Assembly: GCF_009914755.1 (NCBI RefSeq)
Contig: NC_060944.1
DNA from: the human T2T-CHM13v2.0 reference genome, Homo sapiens
Length of the DNA stretch: 64,000 bases
Strand: one strand, 5' to 3'
The notes under the pieces were generated by a model. That model saw only the letters and a list, made by a program, of their open reading frames with translations, was not told where the DNA came from and searched no databases. This document shows positions 56,799 to 64,000 of the stretch, in pieces. The position numbers and the translations under genes were made by a program. How positions within the stretch are numbered: position 1 is the first letter of the stretch; every line of letters begins with the position of its first letter.

Positions 56799-57049
56799 AG
56801 AGCACATGAGCATAAGGCTGCTAAGTCATCAGAATTCCCCATGGTGCATTTCAGATGTGGGTTGCCATGAGTCCTGAGTGTGTAGAACAAAGCAGTGCTT
56901 TAAACTAGAACAACCTCAAATGTAAGAAGAAGTTTAAATATGTAATCCAACATTGGAGAGAACAGTCATAATGTGAACTGTAAAGAGAAGCTTGTTGGGT
57001 AGCTTCCAAAAATGAGTAGATTTTACATTTCAGATTATGTTACATTTCC

Positions 57050-57315
57050 TTCATCACTAAAGCCCATATGCACGTGCACTGGAATATACTCTACCCTCTG
57101 ATTCCTCTACAAAGGGCTCAAAAACCTCCCAGGCAAAGCTAGTTCTTTCTCCATGCTTGTCTCATTCATGAATAACATCAAACAATATTGTACAATGACT
57201 TTTGCCATATGTTTCTCTATTAAACTGGAAGACCCTTGAAGGGAGAGAGATTTGATTTTGATTATCATGTACCCAACATTGTGCCTGAAAACATGTGCAC
57301 TCAATAAATGCTGTG
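57050..57315 (+). mobile_element. L2 3' end
   Basis: taaactggaagacccttgaagg..gtgcctgaaacatgtgcactcaataaatg. Confidence 0.6.
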
Positions 57316-59142
57316 GCATGAAAGCCCTTCAAGAGCAAAGGTATTAAATTGTCCATCATCAGTCAACATGTCTTCCTGGCACTGGGTGGAGTGCCTCATA
57401 CTGAATTAATATTTATTGGATTAAACTGAAAGGAAACAGCAGGAAACAAACTCTAACCTCTTCCTGTATTAGGTACCAGGAAAAAATAAATCCCCAAAGC
57501 AGGTATGATCTTGTTTCCTGTTGAGCCACTCCAAATGGGCAGATAAAACCATCTGCTCTTGGTCCAATGTAGAATAGATGGTACCTCAGGTTGCAGGGAG
57601 CCATCCTGGTTATGCCACCTCTGTCCCCTTGCCACATTGTCCACACACCATCCCTGCTCTTGGTCCATGCATTTTGTGTTGCTGTTCCTTGGTAACCTCT
57701 GCCACTGCCTATGACAGCCCGCCACTGGTACTATGTTATGCAAATTGCCAGCCTCAATACAAACCCTGTCTATGAAGAGGCACTTGGTTGGCAGAGTGAA
57801 AACACAGAGTAACGAGATGCCATCTGCATTTCCTACTACATAGCTCAATTAGTTGATTGATTTGTAACACTTTAAAAAACATTTTCTAGGCAAAGCACAT
57901 TAGGAGAGTGTTTTATAATGTATTCAGTTTAATTAAAACTGCACTAAGTGGAGTACTTTGCTTCTTGGTTTGAGAAAAAAAAAAATTTACAAGGAGGTCA
58001 CATATCATATTGATTTTTAACCCCCTAAGCAGGAGTAAAATAACATTGTTAAAGGTTGCAGCATCTAGAGCCACACAAGTGTACCTCTTTAAAAGGTTTG
58101 CTGTAATTAGAATAGAGAAGATTGGTTAGTAAGAGAAAACATGAGGATGCCGTCATAAAATGGGGGTGGGTAGGTAAAGGAGGGAAGCTGGTAACATGCT
58201 CTGAATTTGAATAACCAACAACACCTGCTCCTTTTTGCACACAAAAATGCTTTTATCATCTGAAGGGGGAAGGAAAAACCTGCAACCATTCCAGATGAAT
58301 TCAAGGCTTAAAAACAAGTTAGAAATGTTTAATGTCTATGCAAGTCTTTACTATTAAGGTGAGTGCATTAAAAACCTTTTGGTAGGACAGTTTTCCAAGT
58401 TTGGATAATTTTAGATGTTAATCTGGCTCCTCCCTTTCACATCTCAGATCGTTGTTACCAGGCTGCTTTCTCCTCATTCCCACTGCCTGTCACATTACCA
58501 AATGCAAGCAGGCTTCCGAATTGTTAGTCAGCTGATTAAACCCTCAAATTATTGGAGACATTTGCATGGGTAATTATGATTTATTTAAAAGCACTTTGTT
58601 TGCATTGCTCTTGTCTCAGTTTCTTCAAAGCCAATTACTGAAAAATTGATTGGATTGGTTTGATTTTTGAAATCATTTGGAACTTCAGAACACATCCCTT
58701 TGCATAATTTTTTTGAAAGTAAAACCAAAACAAAACAAAATGGAAGGAGTTCTCTTTGAAAATCTGTATGCTTCATGTCTTTGGAACTTCTGTAGTATGC
58801 AAATAAGTGGTTAAAATTAGTAGTAGAAACAGTAATAGTTATTTTTCAATAGAAGGAGAGATCAGAGTAAATCAGTTAAATTCACTGTTTCAGCTCCATC
58901 TCATTTTGCAAAGTTACCTGTACTTAGTAGGGCAATTTTTTTTTTTCTAATTCTGTTGGACTTCTAAGAACTAGAAGGATTATTAGCCAGGATGCTGGCA
59001 ATAATACTGCCCTATATCAAAGGAGATTATTTTTCTGATGAATATGTTGATACTTCATTATTTAAATCCTCTTTTGGAAGAATCCAAAACTGACCAATCT
59101 AATACTGAATTCTACCATCTACTGTAGAAAATACCTCCATGA

Positions 59143-59511
59143 GTGTCTTAGTTTAAGCTACTATAATAAAATACAATAGACTGGGTGATCTAAACAACAG
59201 ACATTTATTTCTCATACTTCTAGAGGCTGGGAAGTCCAAGAGCAGATTCGGTTCCTGGTGAGGACCCTCTTTCTCATTTTCTTCTCACTGTGTCTTCAAA
59301 TAGATAAGAGATAGAGAAGAGAGAGAGAGAAAGAACTCTTACCTCTCTTCCTCTTCTTATAAGGACACAAATCCCATCATGGGGGCCCCATGCTCAAGAC
59401 TTCATCTAACTTTAACTACCTTGCAAATATCCCACATCCAAATACCATCACATTGGAGTTAGAACTTCAACATAAGAATTTTGGGAGGACACAATCATTT
59501 AGCCTATGATA
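59143..59511 (-). mobile_element. MLT1A-type MaLR solo LTR
   Basis: aaacaacagacatttatttctcat..ctagaggctgggaagtccaag..aataccatcacattgg; 5 bp TSD atgag. Confidence 0.88.
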
Positions 59512-59799
59512 ATGAGGTTCTGACTTTGTATCTACTCCTTCCCAAACCATGCCCACAAAAAGTCTCAAAATATTGCCTTTGGCTTATCCATTCACTTTTT
59601 ATAAGCGATTCCAAAACAGAAGATACAATTACCATTGGTTTCTTAGGATAGACAGTTGCTTTAAAAATATTGTAAGCAAATAATTGTTGGGTATTTATTA
59701 CTTAAAAGTTAATAATTTATGTATAAATTACCAACAGCTCATTTCTATATGATAAGGGTGTCTCAGAAAGACATTTTGGAATAATACATTCCTGTAATT

Positions 59800-60100
59800 C
59801 TTTTTTTTTTTTTTTTTTTGAGGTGGAGTCTTGCTTTGTTGCCCAGGCTGGAGTGTAGTGGCGGGATCTTGGCTCACTGCAACCTCCGCCTTCTGGGTTC
59901 CAGCCATTCTCCTGCCTCAGCCTCCTGAGTAGTTGGGATTACAGGTGCCCACCACCACACCCAGCTAATTTTTGTTTTTTTTAGTAGACACGGGGTTTCA
60001 CCATGTTGGCCAAGCTGGACTTGACCTCCTGACCCCAAGTGATCCGACTGCCTCAGCCTCCCAAAGTGCTGGGATTACAGGCGTGAGTCACTGCACCCAG
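59800..60100 (-). mobile_element. AluS inserted in the tail of the adjacent AluJ
   Basis: Antisense Alu directly abutting the AluJ poly(T); taattc flanks the pair. Confidence 0.92.
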
Positions 60101-60101
60101 T

Positions 60102-60405
<304 letters not shown>

Positions 60406-60430
60406 TAATTCGGTTTATTAAAGGACCCCA

Positions 60431-60729
60431 GGCCGGGCACGGTGGCTCATGCCTATAATCCCTGCACTTTGGGAGGCCAAGGCAGGTGCCTCACAAGGTC
60501 AGGAGTTCAAGACCAGCCTGGCCAAGGTGGTAAAACCTCGTCTCTACTAAAAATACAAAAATTAGCCGGGCTTGCTGGCAGGGGCCTATAATCCCAGCTA
60601 CTCAGGAGACTGAGGCAAAGAATTGCTTGAACCTGGAGGTGGAAGTTGTAGTGAGCCAAGATTGCGCCACTGTACTCCAGCCTGGGTGACAGAGCAAGAC
60701 TCCATCTCAAAAAAAAAAAAAAAAAAAAA
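60431..60729 (+). mobile_element. AluSg-like
   Basis: tcacaaggtcaggagttc; TSD ggacccca. Confidence 0.92.
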
Positions 60730-62591
60730 CAGAAATGGACCCCATAGTCATTCTATCCTTCCAAAGACAAAGATGTTCAAAGATGCCTCTGTGGGAACCC
60801 GTTAATTCCATAAGGAGCGTTTTCACTAAGAATATAATGAATCCATGCCAAAAAAGAAAAAAGACAATATAGTACTTATGATTTTATATATTACTAATGG
60901 AACTGGAAGTAAAAATAATTACTATTTAATTACAGAAATGTGTACTCCAATGCACAAATGCCTGATAGAGGATAATGACGTTGGACACCAAAAACGTTCT
61001 GTGGCTGCTGGGGACATTTGGCAATAATTTACATGTTTAATTGAGTTGCTGTGAAAGGCTCATTGTGCAATTACATGTTCACTTAGGTGCTCAGATAGAT
61101 ACTGGAAATGCCTAGGTTTCACTTGTACCTATTGCCCAAATTGCGCCTGCAACAAATGTGTCCATTTGCTTATGTGGGACTCTACATGTGATTGCACTCT
61201 ACCGGGAGTTTAAAGTGCCTTCTGCCCTTAGGTTTGATGGCTCAGTCTTGCTTTGAGCACTATTGCGACGTAGACTATTTATGGGACAATATTGCCCTCT
61301 GGCAGTGAGGCAGCCAGTGGTTTTAATAACTGTTTTATGTCATTTTGACAGTTTTTAAACTAGTCACACCCAGCAGTTTAGGCCAGAAGGGAAACATCAG
61401 TGAATGCCTACAGGAGTTTTCTATTACAGAACTCGTACATGCATTTGTACCAGGAAAATGCTACAATTCTTGCTTTAAAGCAAAGCTGCCTTTCCCAAGA
61501 GGAGAACTGAATTTTTGCCGCGTAAAGCTTCAGAAAAGTGCAAATAATAATGACAATATTGTGCTCACAGGACAAACAGAGAATAGAACCATTCTCCCTT
61601 TGAGAAATTCATGACTGGAGTGCCACAAAGATCAACCCCACGTGAGCCAATCACAAAACATCTTCCTGTAATGCATGTTCAGACACTCGTGGGATCAAAA
61701 AAGGACCTCAGGGTCATATCTGATCCTTTGGATTGAATCATCGTGAGGAGTGTCTCGGCTTCACGAAAATGACCCAGAGCTGCTCGCTGAAGCTGGAGAA
61801 ACCAAAGGCTTGACAGCAGCTGCCAATTCCTGGAGGGGTATCTCAGCTGCTTCTCAGCCACTTACGCAAAGGGAATGCCTCAAGAGAGCCAGGTGGGCTT
61901 TACCAGATGGGGCTGAAATTACAGGGAGTAGAGGCTCTGCTATGTTTAGAAGTGCAGCTTCGGCAGACAGCTGAGAAAGACACAGCTCAGTAGGCACCTG
62001 CCTTTCCAGCCCAGTGGCTGCTGCAGGAAACATTTCTGGGATCACAGAAGGCAACTCTGGATCTCATCTTGGTCATTGGGACAGGAAAACCAGGCACTGC
62101 ACGGCAACCCCACGCATTCCTTCCTTGCTTCCCACTGCGGAATAGGTCATGCATCTCTGGGGGCAGAGTGCAGGGAGAGAGGGCAGGAGGACTCCCCAGG
62201 AGAGGGAGGAGAAGATAAAAGTAGCAATTTATGCTTTTACTTCAAGCATGCACACACCGACATCTAGCAAAATGCCTGGAAGTACCCTGCACACTGTTTT
62301 TCAGCTCATATTTCCTGAGTGACCTTATGTGAATGGACACAGACACTGTGGTTCAAAAGGGACCAAATTCGCAATTCTATTTCAATAAAACAAAAATTAG
62401 GGATTTTGAAGTTAAGATGAGATATGAAGAAAGCCAAAAAGGAATATTACCACAGAAGGAGAAAAAACAAAAAGGCTAGATTCAGAAAACTGAGTTTAAA
62501 TGAAACCTAGAAAGGAATTTCAGACTCTGCATATATTGAAACTATCAAGAGTCCATAACATGAATGAAATATACTGCGTACAGTCATTTAG

Positions 62592-62924
<333 letters not shown>

Positions 62925-63689
62925 TAAAACTTATCCTGTTTAAAAATAAGCTAAATTATTATCACTCAAATACAACCTCAGTGCAAAAGGGAAGAATTTA
63001 GCTTAGTAAATAATTAAGGCAATTGTTTTAATTGTGCAAGAGATAACAAAAATCGCTTCAATGATCTGATCAATTGAGGGGGAGAAAAAGGCTATTAAAG
63101 CCTATTTTAACCATCAAGAGTATGTGTTACACGTATATCCACATTTTGTTATAGGCAAAATTCAAGAACATTAAGCATGTCACTGAACATGAAACTAAGA
63201 CATGAGGAGACAGGGTTGGGGCTATGGTGTGGTGACTCAGATTTTACAGAAGATCCAATCCAGAAAAGCTAGAGCGCTTTTCCCCAAAATATGTACCAGT
63301 CTCGGCCAACCGCTCAATCACTAAGCCTTGCAAATAACCTATTTTCCAAATGATTTCAAAAGAAAATAATGCCTGCCAAAGCAAAGCAACTCATTTTCCC
63401 CAGTAATGACTGCAGGAAGACCTTTGATTTCCTTCTCAGCTTCTAAAGCTTTCTTTAAATTTCCCTATTTACACACAGTGTTTCACCTCACAGATTCTCC
63501 TTTCAACAGCTGTGTGGGACAGGAATGATGCCCAAGGACATGCAGCCCATAGGTTTTATTTTGTTTTCTTTGGGTAATTTTTTGGGCAGAGGTGATATGA
63601 TTTCTATCTGAAGCATTTAAGGAAGAAATTGAGTATGCCAATTTTGACAGATGATAGAATAAAAGCCCCAGCTATTTCTAGGTTTGAAT

Positions 63690-63955
63690 AATAATAATAA
63701 TGGAAATAATGGCAATAACAATAACAATGATAACAAGTGCCATAACTTCTTAGGAGAATACTACAGACTACTGTTCATACATTTTTTCAGTAATCACAGA
63801 AATCCTGTGAGGCGAATGTTACTGTTTTCATCTTACTCACGTGGAAAGTAAGGACAAGGCAGGTGACATTGATTACTCCAGGGCCAGAGCTAGTAAGCAT
63901 TTGAACTCAGGTCTGTCTGCCCTCAATTCCATGTTTTTAGACCTTGTGCTACTGT
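63690..63955 (-). mobile_element. MIR
   Basis: atcctgtgagg..gagctagtaag..tttgaactcaggtctgtctg. Confidence 0.7.
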
Positions 63956-64000
63956 TATTTCTTCAGATTAAAAGATGCATAGGTGGGCTCTGGTAGACAA

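Overview
Repeat-rich human genomic DNA; species is inferred from an AluYb8-lineage element at 33.3 kb. I see no convincing protein-coding exon. The long ORFs are decayed L1 ORF1/ORF2, Alu, L2 or microsatellite translations. The window is built from nested L1 (L1PB, L1PA, L1MA-ME), Alu, L2, MIR, MaLR LTR and MER/Tigger DNA-transposon fossils, separated by TE-poor unique blocks. Most L1 and all MaLR LTR copies lie on the minus strand, which suggests an intron of a + strand transcription unit. I found no evidence for a new multi-gene system. The best-supported unusual structures are: (1) a chimeric, TSD-less AluYb8 sitting at a deletion in an L1; (2) a ~700 bp L1 3' transduction bounded by a 16 bp TSD and containing a long hairpin; (3) a ~143 bp inverted copy of nearby flanking DNA inside an L1MA; (4) a tandem pair of CTCF motifs in a CpG-retaining patch; (5) two twin-primed (5'-inverted) L1s; (6) a CpG-rich non-L1 segment abutting an L1PB 5' end and ending at a splice donor; (7) several perfect or near-perfect local inverted repeats. 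Repeat subfamily names come from recalled consensus sequences, and boundaries are approximate.
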